The notes beneath the pieces are model-generated. The model ran no database searches. It was not told where the DNA came from and saw only the letters and a list, made by a program, of their open reading frames with translations. DNA of 64,000 nt from Eledone cirrhosa (taxonomy: Eukaryota): the NCBI GenBank assembly GCA_964016885.1, contig OZ024752.1, positions 32,116,001 to 32,180,000 of the forward strand, written 5' to 3'. The position numbers and the translations under genes were made by a program. Below are positions 40,100 to 54,012 of this stretch, in pieces. The stretch's first letter is position 1, and each line of letters starts with the position of its first letter.

Positions 40100-43000
40100 T
40101 TCCTACATGGATACCTTTACCTTCCTACATGGATACCTTTACCTTCCTACATGAATACCTTTACCTTCCTACATGGATACCTTTACTTTCCTACATGAAT
40201 ACTTTTACCTTCCTACATGGTTACTTTTACCTTCCTACATGAATACCTTTACCTTCCTACTTTAATACCTTTACCTTCCTACATGGATACCTTTACCTTC
40301 CTACATGAATACCTTTACCTTCCTACTTTAATACCTTTACCTTCCTACATGGATACCTTTACCTTCCTACATGAATACCTTTACCTTCCTACTTTAATAC
40401 CTTTACCTTCCTACATGGATACCTTTACCTTCCTACATGAATACCTTTACCTTCCTACATGGATACCTTTACCTTCCTACATGGATACCTTTACTTTCCT
40501 ACATGAATACTTTTACCTTCCTACATGAATACCTTTACCTTCCTACTTTAATACCTTTACCTTCCTACATGGATACCTTTACCTTCCTACATGGATACCT
40601 TTACCTTCCTACATGAATACCTTTACCTTCCTACTTTAATACCTTTACCTTCCTACATGGATACCTTTACCTTCCTACTTTAATACCTTTACCTTCCTAC
40701 TTTAATACCTTTACCTTCCTACATGGATACCTTTACATTCCTACATGAATACCTTTACCTTCCTACATGGATACCTTTACCTTCCTACATGAATACCTTT
40801 ACCTTCCTACTTTAATACCTTTACCTTCCTACATGAATACTTTTACCTTCCTACATGAATACCTTTACCTTCCTACATGGATACCTTTACCTTCCTACAT
40901 GGATACCTTTACCTTCCTACATGAATACCTTTACCTTCCTACTTTAATACCTTTACCTTCCTACTTTAATACCTTTACCTTCCTACATGGATACCTTTAC
41001 CTTCCTACTTTAATACCTTTACCTTCCTACATGGATACCTTTACATTCCTACATGAATACCTTTACCTTCCTACATGGATACCTTTACCTTCCTACATGG
41101 ATACCTTTACCTTCCTACATGAATACCTTTACCTTCCTACATGGATACCTTTACCTTCCTACATGGATACCTTTACCTTCCTACATGAATACCTTTACCT
41201 TCCTACTTTAATACCTTTACCTTCCTACATGGATACCTTTACCTTCCTACTTTAATACCTTTACCTTCCTACATGGATACCTTTACATTCCTACATGAAT
41301 ACCTTTACCTTCCTACTTTAATACCTTTACCTTCCTACATGGATACCTTTACCTTCCTACTTTAATACCTTTACCTTCCTACATGGATACCTTTACCTTC
41401 CTACATGGATACCTTTACCTTCCTACATGGATACCTTTACCTTCCTACATGGATACCTTTACCTTCCTACATGAATACCTTTACCTTCCTACATGGATAC
41501 CTTTACCTTCCTACATGGATACCTTTACCTTCCTACATGGATACCTTTACCTTCCTACATGAATACCTTTACCTTCCTACTTTAATACCTTTACCTTCCT
41601 ACATGGATACCTTTACCTTCCTACTTTAATACCTTTACCTTACTACATGGATACCTTTACATTCCTACATGAATACCTTTACCTTCCTACTTTAATACCT
41701 TTACCTTCCTACATGGATACCTTTACCTTCCTACATGGATACCTTTACCTTCCTACATGGATACCTTTACCTTCCTACATGGATACCTTTACCTTCCTAC
41801 ATGAATACCTTTACCGTCCTACTTTAATACCTTTACCTTCCTACATGGATACCTTTACCTTCCTACATGGATACCTTTACCTTCCTACATGAATACCTTT
41901 ACCTTCCTACATGGATACCTTTACCTTCCTACATGGATACCTTTACCTTCCTACATGAATACCTTTACCTTCCTACATGGATACCTCTACCTTCCTACAT
42001 GAATACCTTTACCTTCCTACATGGATACCTTTACCTTCCTACATGAATACCTTTACCTTCCTACATGGATACCTTTACCTTCCTACATGGATACCTTAAC
42101 CGTCCTACATGAATACCTTTACTTTCCTACATGAATACCTTTACCTTCCTACTTTAATACCTTTACCTTCCTACATGGATACCTTAACCGTCCTACTTTA
42201 ATACCTTTACCTTCCTACATGAATACCTTTACCGTCCTACTTTAATACCTTTACCTTCCTACATGGATACCTTTACCTTCCTACATGGATACCTTTACCT
42301 TCCTACATGAATACCTTTACCTTCCTACATGGATACCTTTACCTTCCTACATGGATACCTTTACCTTCCTACATGAATACCTTTACCTTCCTACATGGAT
42401 ACCTTTACCTTCCTACATGGATACCTTTACCGTCCTACTTTAATACTTTTACCTTCCTACATGAATACCTTTACCTTCCTACATGGATACCTTTACCTTC
42501 CTACATGGATACCTTTACCTTCCTACATGGATACCTTTACCTTCCTACATGAATACCTTTACCTTCCTACATGGATACCTTTACCTTCCTACATGGATAC
42601 CTTTACCGTCCTACTTTAATACTTTTACCTTCCTACATGAATACCTTTACCTTCCTACATGGATACCTTTACCTTCCTACATGGATACCTTTACCTTCCT
42701 ACATGGATACCTTTACCGTCCTACTTTAATACTTTTACCTTCCTACATGAATACTTTTACCTTCCTACATGGATACCTTTACCTTCCTACATGGATACCT
42801 TTACCTTCCTACATGAATACCTTTACCTTCCTACATGGATACCTTTACCTTCCTACATGAATACCATTACCTTCCTACATGAATACCTTTACCTTCCTAC
42901 ATGGATACCTTTACCTTCCTACATGGATACCTTTACCTTCCTACATGAATAACTTTACCGTCCTACTTTAATACTTTTACCTTCCTACATGGATACCTTT

Positions 43001-44110
43001 ACCTTCCTACATGAATAACTTTACCGTCCTACTTTAATACTTTTACCTTCCTACATGGATACCTTTACCTTCCTACATGAATACCTTTACCTTCCTACAT
43101 GAATACCTTTACCTTCCTACTTTAATACCTTTACCTTCCTACATGGATACCTTTACCTTCCTACATGGATACCTTTACCTTCCTACATGGATACCTTTAC
43201 CTTCCTACATGAATACCTTTACCTTCCTACATGGATACCTTTACCTTCCTACATGAATACCTTTACCTTCCTACATGGATACCTTTACCTTCCTACATGA
43301 ATACCTTTACCTTCCTACATGGATACCTTTACCTTCTTACATGAATACCTTTACCTTCCTACATGTATACCTTTACCTTCCTACTTTAATGCCTTTACCT
43401 TCCTACATGAATACCTTTACCTTCCTACATGGATACCTTTACCTTCCTACATGGTTACCTTTACCTTCCTACATGAATACCTTTACCTTGCTACATGGAT
43501 ACCTTTACCTTCCTACATGAATACCTTTACCTTCCTACATGGATACCTTTACCTTCCTACATGTATACCTCTACCTTCTTACATGAATACCTTTACCTTC
43601 CTACTTTAATACCTTTACCTTCCTACATGAATACCTTTACCTTGCTACATGAATACCTTTACCTTCCTACATGAATACCTTTACCTTCCTACATGGATAC
43701 CTTTACCTTCTTACATGAATACCTTTACCTTCCTACATGTATACCTTTACCTTCCTACTTTAATACCTTTACCTTCCTACATGGATACCTTTACCTTCCT
43801 ACATGAATACCTTTACCTTGCTACATGGATACCTTTACCTTCCTACATGGATACCTTTACCTTCCTACATGAATACCTTTACCTTCCTACATGGATACCT
43901 TTACCTTCCTACATGAATACCTTTACCTTCCTACATGGATACCTTTACCTTCCTACATGTATACCTCTACCTTCTTACATGAATACCTTTACCTTCCTAC
44001 TTTAATACCTTTACCTTCCTACATGAATACCTTTACCTTGCTACATGGATACCTTTACCTTCCTACATGAATACCTTTACCTTGCTACATGGATACCTTT
44101 ACCTTCCTAC
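40100..44110. repeat. 22-bp minisatellite, ~180 copies
   Basis: Unit CCTTTACCTTCCTAC[ATGG/ATGA/TTTA]ATA. Confidence 0.97.
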
Positions 44111-44413
44111 CATCTTACCTTCCTTTCGGGGCCGTTACATCGATTATTTGATTTATCATGGTGATATTTGTGTTTGAAATTGTTTTAGCCAACTTAATGT
44201 CCGACTTTGTATTCTTCATTGTTGTTGCTATTGCATCGATATCCAATCAATAGTAAGAACTATCGATTTGTTATTCTTTAACTACTTCCACTTTTAGATT
44301 ATTGGCATATTCATTTTCTATTCTGCAAACTTTCTCGGATTTCTTTTCATTCATATTTTGGTTTGGCAGTTGTTGGTCAATATTGCCGGGTTTCATTTAT
44401 GTATAGTTAATAC

Positions 44414-45835
44414 ATTCTGAGTTCAAATCCCGCCGAGGTTAACTTTGCCTATTCTGAGTTCAAATCCCACCGAGGTCAACTTTGCCTATTCTGAGTTCAA
44501 ATCCCGCCGAGGTTAACTTTGCCTATTCTGAGTTCAAATCCCACCGAGGTCAACTTTGCCTATTCTGAGTTCAAATCCCGCCGAGGTCAACTTTGCTTAT
44601 TCTGAGTTCAAATCCCGCCGAGGTTAACTTTGCCTATTCTGAGTTCAAATCCCTCCGAGGTCAACTTTGCCTTTTCTGAGTTCAAATCCCGCCGAGGTCA
44701 ACTTTGCCTATTCTGAGTTCAAATCCCGCCGAGGTCAACTTTGCCTATTCTGAGTTCAAATCCCGCCGAGGTCAACTTTGCCTATTCTGAGTTCAAATCA
44801 CGCCGAGGTTAACTTTGCCTATTCTGAGTTCAAATCCCGCCGAGGTCAACTTTGCCTATTCTGAGTTCAAATCCCACCGAGGTCAACTTTGCCTATTCTG
44901 AGTTCAAATCCCGCCGAGGTTAACTTTGCCTATTCTGAGTTCAAATCCCACCGAGGTGTACTTTGTCTATTCTGAGTTCAAATCCCGCCGAGGTCAACTT
45001 TGCTTATTCTGAGTTCAAATCCCGCCGAGGTTAACTTTGCCTATTCTGAGTTCAAATCCCACCGAGGTCAACTTTGCCTATTCTGAGTTCAAATCCCACC
45101 GAGGTCAACTTTGCCTATTCTGAGTTCAAATCCCACCGAGGTCAACTTTGCCTATTCTGAGTTCAAATCCCGCCGAGGTTAACTTTGCCTATTCTGAGTT
45201 CAAATCCCGCCGAGGTTAACTTTGCCTATTCTGAGTTCAAATCCCACCGAGGTCAACTTTGCCTATTCTGAGTTCAAATCCCACCGAGGTCAACTTTGCC
45301 TATTCTGAGTTCAAATCCCGCCGAGGTTAACTTTGCCTATTCTGAGTTCAAATCCCACTGAGGTCAACTTTGCCTATTCTGAGTTCAAATCCCACCGAGG
45401 TCAACTTTGCCCTTTCTGAGTTCAAATCCCACCGAGGTCAACTTTGCCTTTTCTGAGTTCAAATCCCTCCGAGGTCAACTTTGCCTTTTCTGAGTTCAAA
45501 TCCCGCCGAGGTCAACTTTGCCTATTCTGAGTTCAAATCCCGCCGAGGTCAACTTTGCCTATTCTGAGTTCAAATCCCGCCGAGGTCAACTTTGCCTATT
45601 CTGAGTTCAAATCCCACCGAGGTCAACTTTACCTATTCTGAGTTCAAATCCCACCGAGGTCAACTTTGCCTATTCTGAGTTCAAATCCCACCGAGGTCAA
45701 CTTTGCCTATTCTGAGTTCAAATCCCGCCGAGGTCAACTTTGCCTTTCATCCTTACGGCGGGTCGATAAAATAAAGTACCAGTAATCTACTGGGATAATT
45801 GTTGGCCTTGTGCCAAAAGTAGAAACAATTATTAT
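44414..45835 (+). repeat. 36 x 37-bp tandem array derived from the SINE B-box region, ending in a normal SINE 3' half
   Basis: Unit ATTCTGAGTTCAAATCCC[G/A]CCGAGGT[C/T]AACTTTGCCT from 44414 to 45745 (1332 bp = 36 units), then ttcatccttacgg...gtagaaacaattatt. Confidence 0.95.
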
Positions 45836-46703
45836 TGGCTTGGCAGTATCGGTAGAGGGTCGGACGCCATGCTTTGACGCATTAAGTTACGGCCCTTGCC
45901 ATTCTGAGTTCAAATCCCGCCGAGGTTAACTTTGCCTTTCATCCTTACGGGGGTCGATAAAATAAAGTACCAGTAATGCACTGGGTAATTGCTGGCCTTG
46001 TGCCAAAAGTAGAAACAATTATTCAGTTATGTTTGTTTGTTGTCTTAAATGTTGTTTGTGTGTTTCTTGTTTGTTTTGTAATGGATTCATTCTTCTCTTC
46101 TAAGTGTTCCATTTCTATGTCTGATAACTTGTTTTTTTTTGTTGTTGTTGTTGTGGTTTTAGGAATATATTTTCTTAAATTAGCTAATGTGTTGCTATCC
46201 AAATTTACTTTTAGATTAATTGCAAAATTCGATAAGTGAATCTTCGATTGCCTTCATTTTTATCGAGTATCATCGTATTTCCATTTGTTGATGTAAAGTT
46301 TTGCAATTCCATCTTTCTTACTTCTACATCAAATTCAAAATACTCATTCTCCTTTTAACAGGAGACTGAACAACAATATGATTTTCACTTCTATTATTTG
46401 CCATATTTTTTTTTTCGGTGGATTGGCAGTATCGGTAGAGAGTCGGACACCACGCTTTGCAGCATAGAGTTACGGTCCTTTACGATCTGTGTTCAAATCC
46501 CGCCGAGGTTAACTTTGCCTTTTCTGAGTTCAAATCCCACCGAGGTCAACTTTGCCTATTCTGAGTTCAAATCCCGCCGAGGTCAACTTTGCCTTTCATC
46601 CTTACAGGGTCGATAAAATAAAGTACCAGTAATGTACTGGGTCGATTTAATCGATCCCCCCACCCCCCAAAAAAATTACTGGCCTTGTGCCTATAGTAGT
46701 AGC

Positions 46704-46742
<39 letters not shown>

Positions 46743-47165
46743 TGTTGTTGGTGGGTTGGCAGTATCGGTAGAGCGTCGGACACTCTGCTTTGAGCATAGT
46801 TACGGTCCTTTACGGTTTGAGTTCAAATCCAGCCGAGGTTAACTTTGTCTTTCATCCTTACGGGGTCGATAAATTAAAGTACCAGTCACGCACTGGGGTC
46901 GATTTAATCGACCCCCCCCCCCCATAATTACTGGCCTTGTGCCTATATAAGAAACCATTATTATTATTATTATATAAGGGCGGTGAATTGGCAGTATCGG
47001 TAGAGGGTTGGACGCCATGCTTTGACGCATAGAGTTACTGCCCTTGCTATTCTGAGTTCAAATCCCGCCGAGGTTAACTTTGCCTTTCATCCTTCCAGGG
47101 TCGATAAAATAAAGTACCAGTAATGTACTGGTTAATTGCTGGCCTTGTGCCAAAAGTAGAAACTA
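45836..47165 (+). mobile_element. Four more SINE copies (45836-46023; 46416-46700 with three 37-bp units; 46750-46960; 46978-47165)
   Basis: SINE consensus. Confidence 0.88.
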
Positions 47166-47266
47166 TTATTATTATGTGCCAAAAGTAGAAACACTTATTA
47201 TTATTATTACCGTTGTTGTTGTTGTCGTTATTGTTATTATTATTGTTGTTGTTATTATCTTTATAG

Positions 47267-47438
47267 GCGATCGAATTCCCTCCCGTCAAAGTCATGTATG
47301 GCACAACTGTCTACTGGACAGACCACGTTGAAGCTGAACAGTCCTCCTCGTTTATCTCCAGTATGGGCGGAGCTTGCTCTGAAGCCTCTGGAACATGTGA
47401 CTTCATTAGTCGTGCCTTCACCATCATCACAGGAACAT
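47267..47438 (+). CDS. Candidate internal coding exon of an unidentified host gene (172 bp, phase 0 to phase 1)
   Basis: Acceptor ttatctttatAG and donor GTAAGT flank a non-repetitive, GC-elevated open frame AIEFPPVKVMYGTTVYWTDHVEAEQSSSFISSMGGACSEASGTCDFISRAFTIITGT. Confidence 0.55.
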
Positions 47439-47649
47439 GTAAGTTGATATTTGATATCCATTTTATATTGTTTTAAGCAACGCTGGTTATTTATTGATCA
47501 TAGAAAGTAAAATATAAAAACAAGTAACTTTACACTATCGACCCCTTGCATTCCCTCTTTCTCCACCATGTTGAACCAACACCACTAATGACATGACAGT
47601 AACAAAATAAATTTCACTTAGACCTTGTATTTCTCTAATAAAAAGTCTA

Positions 47650-47935
47650 AAGTCTGTCTCGAGCCTGGAGTTTCATCGGGCTGTTGTTTATCCCGGTTTC
47701 CATGGCATGAAGCGATTGAGAGTACAAAATTCCCCCCTGGGTAGGACGCCAGTCTACCGCAGTGTTAAAACCCCAGCTACTATTACTGGTAGTAATTTTC
47801 AGCTAAGCATTCTGGAGCAACGTGGAATTAACCGTTTTGCTCAAGAACACAACACACACCTCAGTCAAGGAATCGAAACCCATCATGTTATGATCGTAAG
47901 TCCAACATACTTACATTTAGGCCACGCGCCTCAAC
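47650..47935 (-). mobile_element. CORE-like tRNA-derived SINE
   Basis: Homologous to 5905-6375; ggaatcgaaacc is a B-box on the minus strand. Confidence 0.7.
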
Positions 47936-49445
47936 TATTTCTCTGGCAGCTCAAAATGTCTGACATTATAGCGTGTCTTAATTCCAAACAAAATGTTGGC
48001 CTGAAGAGCCATATCAATATCATTGCTTTGTGTCTATGACTAGATAGATTCCACGTGACCTAGGTGTCACTATAAAATGCAAAGATGGCAAATGTTCTGT
48101 TATTTTGAAAGACTTAGTTCAAACATCTGCAATTAAAGGTCCTGTGGTTAGAAGTAATCTATCTGGGTTATATTATACTTGGAGTATGTCAACTCCCCAA
48201 TCCTGTAGTGATGGGATTTGCTAGAACTGTTTCAGTGAGCAAACAAACATGTGAGAGGAAACGCCAACACATTAATGTTTTAGAAAACAGAGAATGTCAC
48301 ATGCTGAGTGCAATGAATTATGTACAAGTGATATATGAGTTGTACATACATGTATGACTTGATGGTCAGATTAGTGTACGTTGTAAGTGAGAATTGATCT
48401 CTGGTCTACCCTAGTGATATTTAACTTTGCCATGCAATCAGACATGCACTGACCCAGAGCTTACCGGGAGTTATATATAGAAGTGATTCTAATAAAACCC
48501 TGCCAGGTTCTGCGGGTAGACACACTTACAAAGATCATTGATTTGGGGATCTGACTCTTCATGTAGAATATTCAGTTGGGCACTCTATGATAGAAGGTAA
48601 TCATCCTAATATGAACACCTTTAGTACTTCTTAATAGACTAGACTGTAATTTAAAGATAGGATACTTATACTTAGAAACTGTTTATAACCTTATATGATA
48701 GGGACTCATGTGTGACACCATTTAATGTACATTAGGATAATAAATTTTAGTTATAGAAATCAGCTAGTTACCTCCCCTCACGCATTAACTCCCCTTAATC
48801 ACACACACACTTCCGGAAAATAATACGATGTTAAGCCTCGCAACAAAAACAACCTGCTCTATAATATCGGATTAAAGATCAACAAGCTGTAATATTCTAA
48901 CCTAATTCAGCAAGCATCCAATATTGAATCATCGTAGATTATGTGAAGGACATATAATCTATATATTACGTTTCCTGGATTGTGAAAATGGTGGTGTATA
49001 CGAAAAACCATAACACTGTTTTGCTTCTCATTCTTATTATTTTTAAATATTTCTCTGCACACAAGCTTCTATATCATACATATAAAATACTATACAACCC
49101 CCATAATACTCTTGATTTCCCGCTTAAAGTGCTTATATTCCATATAACACCTTACCGCACTATAATCTTATATAAATAGGACACACGTGCATGCCCTACG
49201 TGTAACTATTGCATACACTAACTACTTCTAACTACCCTCCTGCATCATCTTCGTAAACTGCCATTATTGTATTATAACTTTAATTTTGTTGTAATTTTCT
49301 TTTAATATGACTTTAATCTTTGAATGTAAACTGCCATACTTAAATATTATAATGGATGTCAACCCACTGTGCATCAATATATACATATGTTTATGTATGT
49401 CTCTTGTGTTGGAAAGGAGGTCATGTATGTAAATAATCATTGAAA

Positions 49446-49499
49446 TATTGCTCCGAAGACCCCAAACCGCGGTTTGGAAGAAACAATTGTAAGCGAATA
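49446..49499 (+). ncRNA. Variant minimal hammerhead motif near the end of a probable PLE terminal region (~48780-49685)
   Basis: tattgct-CCGAAGA-cc-ccaaacc(gc)ggtttgg-aa-GAAA-caattg-TA-agcgaata; U4C core variant, palindromic CAATTG. Confidence 0.55.
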
Positions 49500-49682
49500 G
49501 AACTTTGATTCATGTAATTTCTATATAACTGCTCTGTAGAACAACTGATGTTATTACATTGAGCTATTTATCTTACTGGTAATAAGATAGTAATAAATTA
49601 CTGTCTTTCACTATTTAGGGTTTAAAAGATATATAACTATAAAAGGTTTTAGTATATACATAACCATAAATAGTATCCTTAA

Positions 49683-49765
<83 letters not shown>

Positions 49766-50076
49766 TATATATATATATAAAATATATATATATATATAAA
49801 ATATATATATATATAAAATATATATATATATATATAAAATATATATATATATATAAAATATATATATATATATAAAATATATATATATATATATAATATA
49901 TATATATATATAAAATATATATATATATATATAAAATCTATATATATATAAAATATATATATATATATAAAATATATATATATATATAAAATACATATAT
50001 ATATATATATAAAATATATATATATAAAGAATGAATAATAACAGGTAGACATCATAAAAAGGTAATTTATTCCGTG

Positions 50077-50188
50077 TGCTTACAAATGTTTCCACGGTGG
50101 TAATACAGCCTAGTTATGCTATGTGCAAATTTACAACTATTTGCAGAACTCAAATATCAAATGCTGTGACCACTGTATCCTCAGAGCA
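50077..50188 (-). ncRNA. Minimal type I hammerhead motif (PLE E)
   Basis: Minus strand: tgct-CTGAGGA-tacagtggt...accaccgtg-GAAA-catttg-TA-agca, followed by AATAAA. Confidence 0.7.
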
Positions 50189-50677
50189 GAATGGTTAAAA
50201 TGTACAATGTAAATACCCTTAAGTGAGGTTACTGGAGGAGATAGAGTAGAAAAGGAAGAGAGAAAAGTAGGGGAGAGGGAGAGAAAGATATGCAGGGGTT
50301 GGAGAAATAGGAGAGAGTGGTTTGTAGATGTCTTAATCAAAATGTTATAGTAGGCGTTTTATTATACTGGTTACTTTTAGAGAGATGCGTTGATAGTCAA
50401 GGTTGGAATTATTTATTGCCTCAGAGGGCAGGTTCATAGATGTGGAGAGGGAGGGAGGTAGGCCAAAGGCGAGAGAGAGATTGTGGAATGGATATAGAGG
50501 GAGAGATAGAGAGGGGACAGACGAAGTCTATGGGGTGGGTGAACTTTGGGTTCGTAGTAGTAATCTGCGAATTGCACTGAGTTACCATTTATAGTGATAA
50601 GCAGGGTATTGTCTTGTAATGTGGGGGAAGAGAAGGTGGTTAGCTAGGAAGCGATGTTATGGTTACAGGTTCGAATG

Positions 50678-52750
50678 TTAAGTTATTTTATAGTGGGAGA
50701 ATTTAGCTTTTAGTTTGTGGTGGCAGTATAATGATCGTTCGATTCTATCGTTAAGTAGTTTATTTTTGGATTTTAATATGTAAAAGAGTTCAAGGTTACA
50801 TAACCTACAGTACTTCAATCCACTCCGATATGCGCTTGCGCTGGAAAGTATATCCCATTTTAAGGTGAACTGTTGGTTGCGTTCGCGGAGTTGCCAGGTC
50901 TTGTTGGCGAGCGTGGTCACAAAACGGTGATCAGGATGTTTGATTGAGAATCGATGACGGTACCAGCGAGATTTAAACGAGGTGGTGGTAGATCCGATAT
51001 AATACCATTTCTCGTCGTTCGATTCAACCGTGCATTGGTAAACAATGTTGGACTTTAGGCATTCATTCTTCAATGGACATCTTTCAGGTAGATGGCAGTT
51101 ACATGCTTTGTTGTGGTTAGCGGGTATACCATGGATAGGTTGTGATAGCGGTACAGGTGGGTTGTGTAATACCCGTCTCCCATTTAGTGGTTGGGAGGCA
51201 GATATTACGTTCTGCCCATCTGTTACCAAAATATTTAGTTTTGTAGTGTTGTTTAATTGCTTTAAGTTAAGTTTGTTTATGTATGCTTCAAGGTTTGGTG
51301 CCGTGGAGTATGATAGTCTAATAGTTTTAGAGTTAAGAATTTTACTGTATTTATGGGAACTAGGGAAATGTTTGTTGATTAACTTAAAGAATGAAAGAAA
51401 TGGTTTTGTACTAATTGAGGCATTAAAAATAGGATTATACCAGATATACTTTCTACAACGTGATTTATTTGGTGGTGATTTTCTATTATTAGTATGTCTG
51501 GTGGTACTGTGTGTGTGCGCTTGTATTTTAGTCCCCCGGTTACGTATTCCTTGATTTCGTGTAGAGCTATGTGTGTTATGGAGATTCTTATCAATATATT
51601 CTATTGTATCCCGGTGGTCGGCATTCCTTAATGCATTATTATAGTATTCAGCGTGTTCACTAAAAATTTCAGAGTCAGACGATAGGCGAGAGATTCTAAG
51701 AGAAATACTACGGGGAACCGATTTGATCATGGAGGGTGTTAAAGTTGATATACGTAAGGTTCTCATTTATTTTGTGGAAGGGTCGTATCAGTCCGGTATT
51801 TAAATTAAGAGTTACGTCCAGAAAATTTATTACTTTAAGATTGTATTCGTATGTTATTTTTAGACCCAGTTCACTAAAAGATTTTCTAATATTTTTCCGT
51901 AGCCTTTCAAGATTTTGGTTATTCAAGTTATTAACTAATAAGAGCCCGTCATCTCTGTATATCCCCCCCCCCCTGTAGATTACTAAATTTACTATGTAGT
52001 ATGTGGGCTATGTAAATTCCCACAAGATCCGTGACCTCCGCTGAGTCGTTGGAACCCACAGTAATGTCGAAGTTTGTGGGTCTGTCCTTACGTTCCCAGT
52101 AGCAGTTATCAAACTTAATAATAGTTTTTCTAGCCTCGAGAATAATATTAATTTCGTCCTCCGTTAGGTCGGAATTGACTTTAGCAAACGATAGGGCCTT
52201 ACGTAAAGTACTTGGTGAGATTGAAGAGTAGTATTCGTCTATGTCAAATTGTATAAACTTAGATTTATTCTTATTCTTAACATTATTAAACCAGCGAATT
52301 GCTTCGCTAGTGTTGCCCCATAATTTAATTTCAATTTTCTTTTTCACTTGAGTTATTACTCTGTCAAGTATATGTTTGCTAATTTTCCCTATGTCTGATT
52401 TAGAAGGGCATATAAGTCTAATCTTAGGGTTAGAGTCAAAATTTACCTTATGGTCCTTCAGGTTAAAGGTGGGGGTAGCGGGTATAATCGGCTCGGTTCT
52501 ATCGTCTATCTTGAGATTCTTCACCACTTTGTATGCATCGTTGTTAATATTTGCTAGCGTAGTTTCACTTGTTTTTCTATAGTTTTTTTTGTGTAGTTCG
52601 TTGCGTATGAAGTTATTGTACGTATCGATATCCATGGTATACACGTTAGAAGTCTTGTCAGCTTTCACAACAATTCCACTGGTATTTTGCAGTCTCCGGA
52701 GTAGTGCTTTCATGTTGCTCTGCAGCTCATTATTTCTATGTTTTATTATT
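50678..52750 (-). pseudogene. PLE E RT plus GIY-YIG (Naiad-type), two frameshifts (~51965 C-run, ~51735)
   Basis: KADKTSNVY, LKDHK, RLICP, FIQFDI..YYSSI, ITVGS.DSAEVTDLVG, IYRDDG (across the shift), INFLDVTL, CNCHLPERCPLKNEC, IVY..YIG, CRLC..E..LLN.R....CHH. Confidence 0.9.
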
Positions 52751-52751
52751 A

Positions 52752-52895
52752 CGTATAGAGTTACGGCCTGTACCATTCTGAGTTCAAATCCCGCCGAGGT
52801 TAACTTTGCCTTTCATCCTTACGGGGTCGATAAAATAAAGTACCAGTACCGCACTGGGTAATTGCTGGCCTTGTGCCTAACGTAGAAACAATTAT
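52752..52895 (+). mobile_element. 5'-truncated SINE abutting the 5' end of PLE E
   Basis: SINE consensus; it supplies the spurious N-terminus of ORF 51949-52776. Confidence 0.85.
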
Positions 52896-53773
52896 TTCTA
52901 TGTTTGTTAAACTTAATATTCGGTACATGTGTGTGTGTGTATATATATATATATGTATATATATGTGTGTGAGTATACGTGTGTGCGAGTGTGTATGTGT
53001 ATATCTTGCATACATGAGTGTGAGTCCATGTGCCCATACCCATGTGTATGTATGTGTATGTATATATGTAAAACACCTTCTACATCGCCTCTCACCTTCC
53101 CCCCATCTCTGTCGTTCGCCACCCCCACCGATACCCCCCCCCCACTCTCCATATTGGTTTCCGCATGCGCGCATACACATACATGTGTGTACATATACAT
53201 ATGGCTGTGTGTGAGCGTATGCCGATATGTGTGGGCAAGGATGTGCGTATGTGTTTTATGTTGTGTGTGTTTATACAACAATATATGTGCACATATATAC
53301 ATATATGTGTACGTATACGTGTATACAAGGTTTCTGTCAGACGAAGAGCGTCTAACTATGTATCTATGTAAGGACCTGACACCACCAATACATCCACCAC
53401 ACCACCACAAACGCCGCTACCATAGACAACGGCACCACTACCACACTCCCGCCCACACGCCAACCCGTCTACTGACAATCCACTAACCTCATACCACAGC
53501 CCATCCCACTAAATAACCTTAACCACCACCATATCATCACATACACCCCCATATACTCTACACGCCAAGGCCAACCCACCACCACCACACCACAGCCCAC
53601 CTCATCCACAGACCGTCACCAACATCTCACCATCACACCCACCCTCATATACACTACAGGCCAATACATCGCCTTGATCCTTCTCACCAATCAAAACATC
53701 TCATTTTGTCAAACTCTTGAAACTCTGACTTTACCACATAGCATGTATTTCATTTTCTTATAGCATTTTAAGA

Positions 53774-53860
53774 GGGTCCGTCGAGCTGCCGATTATTGAG
53801 TCGGGTAGGATCGATATAGATCGAACCTTGAGCTGATCAGTGGCGAAACGCGCGTCACCT
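53774..53860 (+). ncRNA. Degenerate minimal hammerhead motif at the end of a probable PLE 3' region (~52920-53910)
   Basis: gggt-CCGTCGA-gctgccgatta...tgatcagtggc-GAAA-cgcgcg-TC-acct, then AATAAA and (TA)n; two core substitutions. Confidence 0.5.
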
Positions 53861-53931
53861 ATCAATAAATGCAATGAAGGAATAATCAATCGTCCTTTTT
53901 ATCCTTTCTATATATATATATATATAATATA

Positions 53932-54012
<81 letters not shown>

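Larger units (their letters stand above)
50027..52750 (-). mobile_element. PLE E: Naiad-type Penelope-like element, 5'-truncated
   Basis: ORF remnants 50678-52750, 3' UTR with hammerhead and AATAAA, ending at (TA)n. Confidence 0.88.

Noticed and set aside
40100-45745. CRISPR-like appearance of the 22-bp and 37-bp arrays (also the 41-bp array at 63506)
   Set aside because: Head-to-tail repeats without unique spacers, no cas genes, eukaryotic context.
47309-47325. YWTD motif suggesting an LDL-receptor beta-propeller
   Set aside because: Surrounding residues do not fit the YWTD repeat pattern, so no product was assigned.
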